NCBI GenBank assembly: GCA_040981105.1
Contig: JANRMO010000001.1
Coordinates: forward strand, 163,343 to 227,342
Source: Nitrospiraceae bacterium
GTDB lineage: Bacteria; Nitrospirota; Nitrospiria; Nitrospirales; Nitrospiraceae
DNA: 64,000 nucleotides
Direction: 5' to 3'
The notes below the pieces were generated by a model. The model made no database searches, had not been told where the DNA came from, and saw only the letters and a list, made by a program, of their open reading frames with translations. This document shows, piece after piece, positions 21,453 through 32,398 of this stretch. The position numbers and the translations under genes were made by a program. Numbering within the stretch: the first letter of the stretch is position 1; each line of letters opens with the position of its first letter.

Positions 21453-21776
21453 GAGCCTGTCCGTCACTGACCGTTCTACTGCGGCGAATGATGTACCGGC
21501 ATCTGCTTCGTTCTCGGCCACGAAAAATCCTCAACGTATTCCAGTGAATACGCTTCCGGTTTTTCGCGGCCTGTGGCCTTGCATCTGCCAGCACCTCCTT
21601 CACCTCGTCACGAACGGCAATGTCGGACAGGCTCCTGACGCTCGCGGACGAACCGCTCCTGCTATACTTGCTCCGGTACAGGCGATCGATGTGCGTCGTC
21701 CCTGACTCTTGCCGGTAATCCTGTCATGAACCCACATCATGCCTCCCTGTCGCAGCGACCGGCCGCAGAAGCCCCA

Positions 21777-22418
21777 ATGAGCATCCTGATCGTCGATGAT
21801 TCGCCGGACCAGCGCGTCCTGCTCGAAACCATCCTCCGACAGGCTGGGCACGGGCACGTGCGTCTGGCGGGGTCGGCCCTGGAGGCCTACCAGGAATTGG
21901 GCATGGATCATGGCGGCCGGCCCGGACCGGCACCGGACTTGATGCTTCTCGATATCATGATGCCCGGCATCAACGGGGTCGAGGCTTGTCGAACGATCAA
22001 GGCCTGCCCCTCCGTCAGCGACATCCCGGTCATCATGGTCACCGCCAAGACCGACACTTCCTATTTGCAGGACGCGTTCGCCGCCGGCGCCATCGACTTT
22101 CTGACCAAGCCCGTCAACAACGTCGAGCTCACGGCACGCGTGGCCTCGGCCCTGACGCTGAAGCGGGAGATGGACCGCCGGAAAGCCCGCGAGACTGAAT
22201 TAAAGGAACGGAACCAGGAACTGGAGCGCGCGCTCGCCGAGGTGAAGGTGCTCCGGGGGCTCATTCCCATCTGCGCCGGCTGCAAGAAGATCCGCAACGA
22301 CCATGGTTACTGGCAGCAGATCGAGGAATACATTCAGGACCATTCCGAAGCGGCCTTCAGTCACGGACTCTGTCTTCCCTGCGCCAAACGGCTTTATCCT
22401 GGCGTTTATCCGGAGTAA
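21777..22418 (+). CDS. Response regulator with C-terminal Cys/His domain
   Basis: [19 protein letters not shown]; [28 protein letters not shown]. Confidence 0.9.
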   Translation: MSILIVDDSPDQRVLLETILRQAGHGHVRLAGSALEAYQELGMDHGGRPGPAPDLMLLDIMMPGINGVEACRTIKACPSVSDIPVIMVTAKTDTSYLQDAFAAGAIDFLTKPVNNVELTARVASALTLKREMDRRKARETELKERNQELERALAEVKVLRGLIPICAGCKKIRNDHGYWQQIEEYIQDHSEAAFSHGLCLPCAKRLYPGVYPE

Positions 22419-22477
22419 CTGCTAGCATTCCGGCGGGTCACGAACCTGACGCGCCACACAGTCCGCGAGCATCTCCG

Positions 22478-23449
22478 ATGGCCATCCTGGTTGTTGACGA
22501 TTCCCCCGACGATCGATTGCTGTTGAAATCGATCCTGACCTCGGCCGGCTATACCGACGTCCTCCTCGCCGAGTCCGCCGCGGCCGCCTTTCGCTATCTC
22601 GGCTTGGACGGCCAGCCCCCCTCCGTTCACCATGTCGATCTGGTGCTGATGGACATCATCATGCCGGAGATGAACGGGATCGAGGCCTGCCGCCAACTCA
22701 AGGCGGTGGAGCGGCTGCGCGACATCCCGATCATCATGGTCACGGTCAAGACCGACCCGGTCGATCTCCAATTGGCCTTTGCCGCCGGCGCCATGGACTA
22801 TGTGGGCAAGCCCATCAACAAGATGGAACTCCTGACCCGTGTGCGGTCGGTGCTCCGGCTGATCCACGAGATCGAACGCCGCCGATCCCGGGAGCAGGAG
22901 CTGCTTGAGGTCATGCGGCAACTGCAGGAAGCCAATCAAATGCTCCTGAGGCTGTCGAGCCTGGACGGTCTCACGGGCATCACCAACCGACGCCAGTTCG
23001 ACGAGTTCCTCGACCAGGAGTGGCGCCGGGGCGCCCGTGAAAGCACGCCGCTGTCGTTGATCATGGTCGATATCGATCGGTTCAAGGAATACAACGACTC
23101 GCATGGGCACCAAGCCGGGGACGAGTGTTTGAAACAGGTGGCCGACGCGCTGATGGGAGCGGTCAACCGTCCCGGCGACCTCGTCGCGAGGTACGGCGGG
23201 GACGAATTCACGATCGTCCTTCCTGGCACGCCCGCCGAGGGCGCCGCGCAGGTCGCCGAATCGCTGCGCCGGCGAGTCGAAGCCCTCGACATTACCGACG
23301 CCAAGGGACACCGGGTCACGATCAGCCTCGGCATTGCCTGCATGGTCCCTTCGCGGGACAAGCACCACACCGACCTGATCCGGGCTGCGGATCAGGCGCT
23401 GTATCAAGCCAAAGAAGAAGGGCGCAACCTCGTCCGCCGAGGCTCATAG
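22478..23449 (+). CDS. REC-GGDEF diguanylate cyclase
   Basis: REC domain; [24 protein letters not shown]-site, YGGDEF. Confidence 0.95.
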   Translation: MAILVVDDSPDDRLLLKSILTSAGYTDVLLAESAAAAFRYLGLDGQPPSVHHVDLVLMDIIMPEMNGIEACRQLKAVERLRDIPIIMVTVKTDPVDLQLAFAAGAMDYVGKPINKMELLTRVRSVLRLIHEIERRRSREQELLEVMRQLQEANQMLLRLSSLDGLTGITNRRQFDEFLDQEWRRGARESTPLSLIMVDIDRFKEYNDSHGHQAGDECLKQVADALMGAVNRPGDLVARYGGDEFTIVLPGTPAEGAAQVAESLRRRVEALDITDAKGHRVTISLGIACMVPSRDKHHTDLIRAADQALYQAKEEGRNLVRRGS

Positions 23450-23552
23450 CCGAAGCGGCCCCTTCTGAGCCATGCCCCATCGCTGCCGTATCGACCGGTT
23501 TCTGATTCTTCAACGATTTCACGCGCACCCCTTGTTCACAGTCTAACGACCG

Positions 23553-26500
23553 ATGCCGAAAGCACGGATTCGTCCGGTTTCCCACCCCAATCCGAGTGGA
23601 AGTCCTGGTCCCAAGGATGCGCCTTCCTCCGAAGAACGGGACCACCCCGCTCATGCCGAGTCCCATAGGATGTTGCTGGCGCTCCTTGAAGCCGGCGGCG
23701 CCGGCGCCCTCCTGTTCGACCGTCAGGCCCGTTTGACCGGAATCACCGCCAGAGCGAGGCGTCTCCTGGGAATTCCGTCGGATGTCCGTCCCGCATCCGC
23801 CGCTCACTCGGCGCAACAGAGCCGGCGCCTCTCGCTCCCTGCCGAGATCGACCACATCCTTCAGCCCCTGAAAGAGCGCCTCCTCTCGCGCCAGGCCGGC
23901 CAGGAAGCCGCAGATCCCTCCCCCCTGACGCTCCCGGTGAAAGTCGGCGGCGCAGCCGGCCTTCAGGCCGCCGTCTTTCCCTGCGGTCCGGCTTTTGACG
24001 GAATGTACACGGTCCTGTTGTCTCCGGCTTCCACAGACCTCTCGGACGTGACCACCCATTTGCGCGCCCTCACAGTCGAGCATGCGACGGACGCGATCTT
24101 CTGGGTCGATGTCCACGCCCGCATCCTCTATGCCAACGAGGCGGCGGCGCGGACTCTGGGTTATACCGCGGCGGAATTGCTGGCCATGACCTATGACCAG
24201 ATCGATCCCCATTTTGCTCCGGATGTCTGGGCGGATCATTGGGAGCAATTGAGAACCCGGGGCTCGTTCTCCTTTGAATCGGACCATCGGCGGAAAAACG
24301 GGCTCGCGTTCCCGGTCGAGGTCAACATGAACTTCCTGGAGTTCGGCGGGAAGGAATACAATTCCATCTTCGCCCGAAACATCACGGACCTCCGGCAGGC
24401 GGAGACCCGCGAAATCCTGCGCCGGGAAACGCTGGAATCCTACCAGCAGGCCATCGTCAAGTTGATCAGCGACCCGACTCTGCACGACGGCCACCTGGAG
24501 ACGGCCTTCCGGGCCATCACGGAAACCGCCAGTTGGTTCATGCGGGTGCGGCGCGCGAGCATCTGGCTGTATGACGACGAGCGACAGTCGATCCGCCTCC
24601 ATGATCTGTATGAGCGCCAGCGGGGCCTGCACACCTCCGGCTTGGTCCTCAAGGTCGCGGACTATCCCGCCTATTTTCGGGCGCTCGAGGTGGAAGAGTT
24701 GGCGCTCGACGCCACGGACGCGAAGCAGGACCCGCGCACGAGGGAGTTTGCGGACTCCTACCTGACCCAGCTCGGCATCGGCGCCATGCTCGACGCGCCG
24801 ATCCGCGTCAACGGGCGAGTCGTCGGGGTCCTGTGCCACGAGCATGTCGGCGGCCCACGGAACTGGTCGCCCGAGGAAATTTCCTTCGCCAACTCGCTCG
24901 CCTCGATCGCCACCATGGCGCTCCAGGAATGGGACCGGCAACGCACCGAGCAGGCGCTGCGCGAAGCCAAAGACACGGCGGAAGTCGCCAATCGGGCCAA
25001 GAGCGAATTCCTCGCAACCGTGAGCCACGAAATACGGACGCCGATGAACTCCATCATCGGCATGGCCGATCTCCTCTGGGAGACCGACCTGAATCAGGAG
25101 CAACGGACCTACGTGCGGATCTTTCGGCGCGCCGGCAACACACTGCTGTCGCTGCTGAACGACATTCTCGACCTGTCCAAGATCGAGGCCGGGCGGCTGG
25201 AGTTGGAATGCATCGACTTCGACCTGGGCGAGCTGCTGGAAAAGACGGTGGAGATGCTGGGCCTCCGCGCGAATGAGAAAGGCATTGAACTGGCCTACCA
25301 CACCGCGCCCGACGTGCCGATGGCGCTCCGCGGCGATCCCAACCGGCTCAAGCAGATCCTCACCAACCTCCTCAGCAACGCCGTCAAGTTTACGGAGAAC
25401 GGACACGTGTTGTTGCGGGTGGAGAATGACCCGGATGATCCCGCGCCGGGCGCGCTGCGGTTCAGCGTGGCCGATTCGGGCATCGGGATTCCGGCCGAGA
25501 AACTGGACGCCATTTTCCACAATTTTACCCAAGCCCACAGCGCCATTCACCGCCAGTATGGGGGAACAGGCTTGGGCCTCTCCATTTGCCGCCGGTTGAC
25601 GGCAATGATGCAAGGCCGGCTTTGGGCCGAAAGCCGGTTGGGGCAGGGCAGCACGTTCTTCTGCACGGTTCGCCTGATCCCTCAAGACACCGCTCCAGGG
25701 TCAGATCCCCTCCCCGTGTCGGGGCTCCGAGGGCTGCACGTGCTGGTGGTCGACGACTACCCGGTGAATCAAGCGATCGTCCGCGAGGCCTTGACTCCCT
25801 ACGGCACGTCGGTGGTGTCGGCCGAGGACGGAGCGCGGGCGTTGATCGAAATCAAGACGGCAGCGCATCAGGGGCGCCCCTTCGACCTGGTGCTGCTGGA
25901 TTCGATCATGCCCGGCCTGGGTGGATTTGAGATCGTCGAACGGATCCGGACGGCCTCGGAGGAATACGGCACTCCCACCATGGTCATGCTGGTGTCCCAG
26001 AACTGGGCCGATGAAATCGCCAAGATTTATGAGCTGGGCCTCGGCGGCTATATCGTGAAGCCGATCCGCCGCTCGGAACTATTCCAAACCATCAATATCG
26101 CCCTCGGGCGCGCCAAACAGACCCAGGCTCAGGCTCAGGAGCCGGCGCCCGCCCCCAAATCCAGCGCCATGCCGGCGTTTCATCCGCTGCGCCTGCTGGT
26201 GGTGGATGATTCCCAGGACAACCAACTCTTGGTTCAGAGCTACCTGAAGGCGACTCGCGACCAGATCACACAAGCCGAGAACGGACAGGTCGCCGTCGAC
26301 CTGTGCCGGACCCACCCGTTTGACGTCGTGCTCATGGACATGCAGATGCCAGTCATGGACGGACTCACGGCCACGAGGAAGATTCGGGAATGGGAACGGT
26401 CCCACCGGCGTCCGCCCATGCCGATCATCGCCCTGACCGCGCTCGTGCTCAACGAAGAGCTGGCCAAAGTCCAGGAAGCCGGCTGTACCGGCCGGCTCAC

Positions 26501-26567
26501 CAAGCCGATCAGAAAACCGACGCTTCTCGCAGCCCTGGAACCCTATCGAAAGAAGGAGCCATGCTGA
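23553..26567 (+). CDS. Hybrid sensor histidine kinase (PAS-GAF-HisKA-HATPase-REC-REC)
   Basis: [31 protein letters not shown], two receiver domains. Confidence 0.95.
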   Translation: MPKARIRPVSHPNPSGSPGPKDAPSSEERDHPAHAESHRMLLALLEAGGAGALLFDRQARLTGITARARRLLGIPSDVRPASAAHSAQQSRRLSLPAEIDHILQPLKERLLSRQAGQEAADPSPLTLPVKVGGAAGLQAAVFPCGPAFDGMYTVLLSPASTDLSDVTTHLRALTVEHATDAIFWVDVHARILYANEAAARTLGYTAAELLAMTYDQIDPHFAPDVWADHWEQLRTRGSFSFESDHRRKNGLAFPVEVNMNFLEFGGKEYNSIFARNITDLRQAETREILRRETLESYQQAIVKLISDPTLHDGHLETAFRAITETASWFMRVRRASIWLYDDERQSIRLHDLYERQRGLHTSGLVLKVADYPAYFRALEVEELALDATDAKQDPRTREFADSYLTQLGIGAMLDAPIRVNGRVVGVLCHEHVGGPRNWSPEEISFANSLASIATMALQEWDRQRTEQALREAKDTAEVANRAKSEFLATVSHEIRTPMNSIIGMADLLWETDLNQEQRTYVRIFRRAGNTLLSLLNDILDLSKIEAGRLELECIDFDLGELLEKTVEMLGLRANEKGIELAYHTAPDVPMALRGDPNRLKQILTNLLSNAVKFTENGHVLLRVENDPDDPAPGALRFSVADSGIGIPAEKLDAIFHNFTQAHSAIHRQYGGTGLGLSICRRLTAMMQGRLWAESRLGQGSTFFCTVRLIPQDTAPGSDPLPVSGLRGLHVLVVDDYPVNQAIVREALTPYGTSVVSAEDGARALIEIKTAAHQGRPFDLVLLDSIMPGLGGFEIVERIRTASEEYGTPTMVMLVSQNWADEIAKIYELGLGGYIVKPIRRSELFQTINIALGRAKQTQAQAQEPAPAPKSSAMPAFHPLRLLVVDDSQDNQLLVQSYLKATRDQITQAENGQVAVDLCRTHPFDVVLMDMQMPVMDGLTATRKIREWERSHRRPPMPIIALTALVLNEELAKVQEAGCTGRLTKPIRKPTLLAALEPYRKKEPC

Positions 26568-26893
26568 ACCAGCAGACGCGGCGCGACCCGCAGCCCGCCA
26601 TTTCGGTGCAGATCGACGAATCGCTCAAGGATCTGATTCCGGGATTCCTGGAGAACCGGAAGAAAGATGTGGAGAAGATTCGCCTGGCGCTGGAGCAGGC
26701 CGATTTTTCGGTGATTCAGACCCTGGGGCACCGCATGAAGGGAGACGGCGGCGGGTACGGGTTCGACGGCATCGGCGAGATCGGCGCCGCCTTGGAGCTG
26801 GCCGCCGCCAGACGCGACTGCGAGAGCATCCATCGGCAACTCGCCAAGCTGGCCGATTACCTCGACCGCATCCACATCACCTACGTATCATAG
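26561..26893 (+). CDS. Hpt phosphotransfer protein
   Basis: [12 protein letters not shown]; AAGGAG RBS. Confidence 0.9.
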   Translation: MLNQQTRRDPQPAISVQIDESLKDLIPGFLENRKKDVEKIRLALEQADFSVIQTLGHRMKGDGGGYGFDGIGEIGAALELAAARRDCESIHRQLAKLADYLDRIHITYVS

Positions 26894-27125
26894 TTCCCTT
26901 CGGCTCAAAGCGTGCCCGGCGTGGTCGCTCTTTTGCCCCTGATCGCGTTTCTCGATTCTCAGTCGGTCCCGTCCAACGTTCTCGTGTAAATACGTCCATT
27001 TTCACCGTCCCCCTACAAGCCGGGTTGCTTTCAAAGACAGAATCGCGTATGCCTTTCCGCAGCAGTGGCCGTGCTGATGAGAAAAGGTGGCCGCCCCTAG
27101 GGAGAAAGGATTCTAGGGAAACTAC

Positions 27126-27345
27126 ATGCTGCGCGCGTTTGCCATGGCGCATTTCAGGTTCACCCTCGAACCGGTAGATCGCCTGGCCCTGCATCCCCGC
27201 AATCCCGGCAACACGCTCCGCGGTGCCTTTGGCGCCACCTTCAAGCGGCTGGTCTGCCCGACGCCGGCCGACTGTCGCCAGACCTGCGCGATGAAAGCCA
27301 CTTGCCCGTACGGGCAGATCTTTGAGCCGAGCCCTCCGCCGGGGG
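27126..27345 (+). pseudogene. cas6: 5' fragment of cas6 (diverged duplicate of the 37175 gene start)
   Basis: Protein VDRLALHPRNPGNTLRGAFGATFKRLVCPTPADCRQTCAMKATCPYGQIFEPSPPPG is identical to full cas6; the ORF then runs into unrelated sequence and stops at 27431. Confidence 0.9.
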
Positions 27346-27415
27346 GCGAACGGTTTCAGCCTAAATTGCGCCTGTCCTTCATCCCTTTGTCTCATGCATC
27401 ACTCCGGACTCACAC

Positions 27416-28567
27416 ATGCGAGAGATCTTAATTTCAGTGGCGGGGTTAACGCCGCAGATCATCACCGAGACCTTGTATCACTTGACTCAAGTTCGTAAGC
27501 CACCTGCAACGATTTCCGAGGTCTGGGTGATCACGACGACTGCCGGCAAACAAAAAGCTGAGCGGGAACTGCTTCACCCACGCCACGGCCACTTTTTCCA
27601 GTTCTGCCGCGAGTACGACATTGACGCGAAGAAGATTCTCTTTGGCCATGAGCAGATTGTGGTCGTCCGAAATAAGGACGGCCAACCGCTGGGTGATGTC
27701 CGCACACCTGAAGACAATGCCGCGCTGGCTGACTTCGTCACCACATTTGTTCGGAAGAAGGCCTTGAACCCGGATATCGCTTTGCACTGTTCAGTCGCCG
27801 GTGGCCGCAAAACGATGGGCCTGTACCTGGGCTTAGCCCTTCAGCTTTACGGTCGCCCTCACGATACTCTGTCTCATGTGCTCGTCAGTCCTCCCGAACT
27901 CGAAAGCGATCCTGCCTTCTATTACCCACCAAATCAATCCAAGAGGATCACGGTGAAGGGACGGAAGCTTCACACCAGCCAGATTAGGGTCGAACTCGCT
28001 GAGATCCCTATTCTCAAGCTTCGCGGCAAGCTTCCCGCTCTCGACACGGGCGAAGTGCCCTACAGCGACCTAGTCAGGCGTGCTCAGCAAGACTATGCCC
28101 TCTTGAACACACCGCCGCAAGCCGTGGTGGATACACGAGCACTCAGTCTGCTGGTTAATGGCCGCCGTATTCGCCTGTCTCCTCTCGAAACCGCCGTGTA
28201 TGTGCTCTTTGCCGAAGCCCGGCGCAGCTCTTGTGGCAAGACCGGATGTCCTGGATGCACCAAGTGCACGTTTGCGGCCTCAGACTTTCTCGGGGAAGAA
28301 GGAGTCACGCGGGTGCGCCAAGCCCTGCGAAGCCTAAAGGCCAAGGATGCTCGACTCGAGGAACTGCGAGGCTGGGGAGCCAGAGAGCCCACCGATCCGG
28401 AGAAACGGTTCCGCGAGGTCAGGAGTCGTCTGAACCGGAAGATCCAGCGAGGCTTAAGTGGGGAAACATGGCCGGCGCTTTACACCATAGCTTCGCTCCG
28501 GCCGCCTGACGCAGACCGAGTTCGCTACGGCATCCGGCTTGATCCACGGCTTCTGAGCATACGGTAG
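27416..28567 (+). CDS. csx14: NE0113/Csx14-family CARF protein with C-terminal winged-helix-like domain
   Basis: GLTPQIITETLY, VWVITT, SVAGGRKTM, LSHVLV; C-terminal RLSPLE..SRLNRKI..YGIRL. Confidence 0.8.
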   Translation: MREILISVAGLTPQIITETLYHLTQVRKPPATISEVWVITTTAGKQKAERELLHPRHGHFFQFCREYDIDAKKILFGHEQIVVVRNKDGQPLGDVRTPEDNAALADFVTTFVRKKALNPDIALHCSVAGGRKTMGLYLGLALQLYGRPHDTLSHVLVSPPELESDPAFYYPPNQSKRITVKGRKLHTSQIRVELAEIPILKLRGKLPALDTGEVPYSDLVRRAQQDYALLNTPPQAVVDTRALSLLVNGRRIRLSPLETAVYVLFAEARRSSCGKTGCPGCTKCTFAASDFLGEEGVTRVRQALRSLKAKDARLEELRGWGAREPTDPEKRFREVRSRLNRKIQRGLSGETWPALYTIASLRPPDADRVRYGIRLDPRLLSIR

Positions 28568-28647
28568 ATAACAATGTTGCCGGCAAGGTTGCCAAGCTTT
28601 CTTCGCCCTTCCTTCGATGATAGTTTGGCCGTGAAAGGAGAGAGCTG

Positions 28648-29649
28648 ATGAACCTGAATCGGCGGTCGTATGAGATCAAGCTCGTGACCCCGGCATTCCT
28701 GGCCGGCGCAGATCAACAACAGCCTGAGTTGCGCGTGCCTAGCATCCGAGGTTGTCTCCGTTGGTGGTTTCGTCTTGCGGAACATGGAGCAGGCACCTCA
28801 TTGGAACAGATTCGGAAGAAGGAATCAGATTTGTTTGGTTCGACAGATAAAGGACAACGTTTGATCTTGAGGATTCGCCCGGATGGTCCTTTGAAGGCAG
28901 AAACCCCGAGCTATCGCGACCTCCCGTTTGACCATCAGTATCTCTGGTTCCCATTGAGGCCGGAGAGAAACTCAAGCCAACCGATCACACGGCCGGCACT
29001 CGCGGCAGGAACCAGTTTCAAACTGGAGGCGATCGTTCCCCCATCTATCCAGAATGGGGAACAAGTTCTAAGGCAACTGGACGATCTGGTCGCCCAATGG
29101 GTCCTGTTTGGCTCAATTGGTATGAGGAGTCGGCGATGTGCGGGATCACTGTGGTTTTCGTCGCAATTGCCCTCAGGCAGCAGCATGCCTGCTGGCAAGA
29201 CGAATATTGAAAGGACCCTTGGTGATGCTCGGAAGTCGCTTCCAATTGAGCTTGTTGTCGGCTCAGAGTCTTTCGCAAAGTGGCAAGACGCAGTCAAAGC
29301 TGCTGGCAACCATTACAGAGGGCAACGCACCAAGGTGAAGGAGAACAAAGGCCGCATGGCTTTGCCAGGTCTCGGATGGCCCATCATGAAATACCGGGGC
29401 GCCAATGGGGACAAGATTATTGTGGATGGTCATGACAGTGAACGATTGGCTTCTCCAGCGATGCTGAAAGTGATTCCGGACGGCCAAAAGTTTCGTTGGC
29501 TTCTCGTCGTGATTAAACGACCGTTTGTCGATTGGATCAAATCCGGCGAAGGGGAAGTTCGTCAGGCTGAAGTGGTGGGCAACTTCGCACAAGGTTTTGA
29601 GACAGCCAGCGCGCCACAACCAAGCTTTAGTCGAGGTCCAAGACGATGA
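28648..29649 (+). CDS. cmr1: Type III-B RAMP Cmr1
   Basis: LVTPAFLAGA, ELRVPSIRGCLRWWFR, E..LFGS, GSIGMRSRRCAGS. Confidence 0.9.
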   Translation: MNLNRRSYEIKLVTPAFLAGADQQQPELRVPSIRGCLRWWFRLAEHGAGTSLEQIRKKESDLFGSTDKGQRLILRIRPDGPLKAETPSYRDLPFDHQYLWFPLRPERNSSQPITRPALAAGTSFKLEAIVPPSIQNGEQVLRQLDDLVAQWVLFGSIGMRSRRCAGSLWFSSQLPSGSSMPAGKTNIERTLGDARKSLPIELVVGSESFAKWQDAVKAAGNHYRGQRTKVKENKGRMALPGLGWPIMKYRGANGDKIIVDGHDSERLASPAMLKVIPDGQKFRWLLVVIKRPFVDWIKSGEGEVRQAEVVGNFAQGFETASAPQPSFSRGPRR

Positions 29650-29668
29650 ACATGAGAGGGAGAAATTC

Positions 29669-32398
29669 ATGACCGACGAGGCAGTGTGGCGTCTGAAAGT
29701 CCACGCGTTTCTGCACGATCCGCCTGAGAAGGCACTGATTTTGTTTGAAGGTGGGCACGCAGCGCGCGGACGAGAACTGGCTGAGCGGCTTGTAGGCCCG
29801 GCTCCGCAAGGAGCCGAAGATGCAATTAAGGAAGCCGATCATCTGGCTTCTGCCGCCGACCGGGAAAAGTTCCTGGGAGGCGCTCCGGACCTTCGGTGGA
29901 GCAATAAGCCAGTATTGCGCCATCCTTTGTCCGGGGACGCAATTGATCTAGGCCAGTGGGGATGGATTGGAGTTGAACCCGACAAAGCCCGTGCTGAGGT
30001 TGACCACGCTGTGAAGCAGCTTCTTGATGCACTGGATGGTAGCGGGTCAACGACGTCGGAACGGAGATTCTGGGCTCTCTGGCGACTGTTGCCCGAATAT
30101 CTGGCAAAGGGCGGAGAAGGCCGCGACCGGATGGGAATTCTATGGGAGTATCTACCGGCTGAAACGAGAATGCCGGACCACTCGATCTGGGACCACCAAC
30201 GGCTGGTGTCGGCGCTTGCACCGATCTTGTGGCAGAAGCAAGAACCTGCGTTACTGCTCGTGTCGTTCGGCCCCGTGCAGGGATTCATCGGAACTGCCCG
30301 CCGCACTGCGGATCTCTGGGCCGGTTCGTTCATCCTGTCCTGGCTTGCCAGCCGGGCGATTCTTCCTCTCGCGCAAGCCTTCGGTCCGGACGCGGTGCTG
30401 TTCCCCGCTCTCTGGCGGCAGCCCCTCTTGGATCAGTGGCTCCAACAAGAACCACTCCATTTACCGATTCCCGGAGCACGAGACCCTGGTCGGGAAGCTT
30501 CGCTCCCGAACCGTTTTCTCGCGGTCGTTCCACAGGATAAGGCCAAGGGGATTGCCGAGGACTGTGTCTCAGCCCTTCATAAGGCATGGAAGAAGCTTGG
30601 ACAGGATGCGTATCAGGAGTTTGCCAGGTACACCAATACATCCACCGATGACATCGCGGCATTTTTTGACCGCCAGATCCCGGCGCACCTGGAGGCCTAT
30701 TGGGCGGCCTTCCCATGGCCGAGCGATCTTACCCGATGTGAAACCATCCTCAAGACACGTCTATGTGGTCTGCCGAGTATTTCAACGATTAACCTTGATG
30801 GGATCCGCGAGTACCGCCCAAACGCGGGGGCTTTCTATGGAGCCGCATACCGAGCCGTGGATCTTACACTGGGTGGAGCCAAAGCAACCCGCGTCTTTGA
30901 ATCGGGCGAAGAGCCGGGATTGAAGTGCAGCCTGTGCGGTCATCGGGGGGTGATTCATCCGTCAACGCACGAGGGTAAAGGCTGGTGGAGGAAGCTTGGC
31001 GACGCAAAAGCTATCCGCGTCAAGAAAGGAGAGGCCTTGTGTGCGGTATGCCTCGTGAAACGTCTAGGGCCAGAAATTCTCACAAGCGAACTCAATAAAG
31101 CTCACGGCGTGCCATCCACGAGCGAAATTGCCGCCGCTCCCTTCAAGTTCGCAGTCTTACAGAGTGGAACCTTTTCTCGTCTAAAACCGGCCATTCAAGC
31201 GTTGGTTGATACTGCCAAGGCAGATGGGAACCTGGACGCATGGACTCTCTCGAAGGTCTGGCAAGCGACCAAGTGGCTACCCGAATCCGATCGCGGACAC
31301 GCACAAGATTTCGCCCGGATTGACGGCGAATGTTTCTGGGTCTCCACCGAGCCGGAACATGAGCTTGAAGAAATTCGTGTCGCTCCCGAAATGGCGAAAG
31401 CTGCTCGCGCCCTTGTTCGGGAAGCAGAGCATCTGGACATTGCTCCCCCATTCCAATATCTCGCCCTGCTTCGAATGGACGGCGATGACATGGGGAAATG
31501 GCTTGGTGGAGACCGATCAGTCCTGCTGGATCAAACACTGCATCCTGACATAGGCGATTGGCTTCGTGGACTACTTCCCACAGATCACCCTTTGTGGCAA
31601 AAGCAACGCCGGATGACGCCAGCCACCCACGCGGCGATTAGCCGGGCCTGCAATGCCTTTGCCCTGACCGTGGTGCCGACTTTGGTCCGCGAGAAGCTCG
31701 CATACTTGATCTATGCCGGAGGCGACGATGTCCTCGCGTTGGTGTCGCTCAATGACGCCTTAGAGCTAGCCCACGACATACGACTGGCCTTTGGTGGCCA
31801 CATGGAAGTCGAAGACAGCAAGAAAATTCCAGGGTTCAGCAAAGGGCGAGGCTTTTACTGGATCAACGGTGAGTTAATCCAGACATTCGGGAGCCGAGCG
31901 GGCTTGTCCGGCAGCCTCGTGATCTTCCACCACAAGTATCCGCTTCAAGTCGCAGTGGAGGAATCACGGCGTGCTGAAGAGTGGGCGAAGTCCACCGATA
32001 GCAAAGATGTGCTGGCCGTACGGATCATGCGCCGGAGCGGCCAGCCCACCCACTGCCGGATTCGCTGGACGAATAAGGACCGGAGTGCCGATCCCGTTCA
32101 CGACCTTTCCGCGATTACCACAGCGGTGCGAGAAAAAGCGCTCTCTCCGCGATTCTTTTCGATCCTGAAAGGTTTGCTTGAACGGCCAGAGGCCAAACAG
32201 CTTCCGCCGGAGGCAATTCAACTACTTGTCAAACGTGAACTGGGCCGTCACTGGGACAATGGCCAGGCCGAGAAGACTCAACTCTCTCAGGACACTGTGC
32301 GATCTGCAATCTGGGAACTGCGGAACCAGACGCCATGCCGCGAAGAATGGCTTGCAGCCTTGGAGGCCGCGGTATTTTTAGCGCGGGGAGGACGATGA
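29669..32398 (+). CDS. cas10: Type III-B Cas10/Cmr2
   Basis: FGPVQGFI..ARRTADLWAGS, SLPNRF, CSLCG, LCAVC..KR, MDGDDMG, intact YAGGDD. Confidence 0.95.
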   Translation: MTDEAVWRLKVHAFLHDPPEKALILFEGGHAARGRELAERLVGPAPQGAEDAIKEADHLASAADREKFLGGAPDLRWSNKPVLRHPLSGDAIDLGQWGWIGVEPDKARAEVDHAVKQLLDALDGSGSTTSERRFWALWRLLPEYLAKGGEGRDRMGILWEYLPAETRMPDHSIWDHQRLVSALAPILWQKQEPALLLVSFGPVQGFIGTARRTADLWAGSFILSWLASRAILPLAQAFGPDAVLFPALWRQPLLDQWLQQEPLHLPIPGARDPGREASLPNRFLAVVPQDKAKGIAEDCVSALHKAWKKLGQDAYQEFARYTNTSTDDIAAFFDRQIPAHLEAYWAAFPWPSDLTRCETILKTRLCGLPSISTINLDGIREYRPNAGAFYGAAYRAVDLTLGGAKATRVFESGEEPGLKCSLCGHRGVIHPSTHEGKGWWRKLGDAKAIRVKKGEALCAVCLVKRLGPEILTSELNKAHGVPSTSEIAAAPFKFAVLQSGTFSRLKPAIQALVDTAKADGNLDAWTLSKVWQATKWLPESDRGHAQDFARIDGECFWVSTEPEHELEEIRVAPEMAKAARALVREAEHLDIAPPFQYLALLRMDGDDMGKWLGGDRSVLLDQTLHPDIGDWLRGLLPTDHPLWQKQRRMTPATHAAISRACNAFALTVVPTLVREKLAYLIYAGGDDVLALVSLNDALELAHDIRLAFGGHMEVEDSKKIPGFSKGRGFYWINGELIQTFGSRAGLSGSLVIFHHKYPLQVAVEESRRAEEWAKSTDSKDVLAVRIMRRSGQPTHCRIRWTNKDRSADPVHDLSAITTAVREKALSPRFFSILKGLLERPEAKQLPPEAIQLLVKRELGRHWDNGQAEKTQLSQDTVRSAIWELRNQTPCREEWLAALEAAVFLARGGR

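Noticed and set aside
23322-25685. 787-aa minus-strand ORF and similar long antisense ORFs (59992..60984, 61752..63011)
   Set aside because: GC-rich shadows of well-supported genes on the other strand
28604-28614. Short match (CGCCCTTCCTT) between the cmr1 upstream region and the junction of the solitary repeat at ~49463-49473
   Set aside because: Only about 8 nt would be spacer-derived; expected by chance
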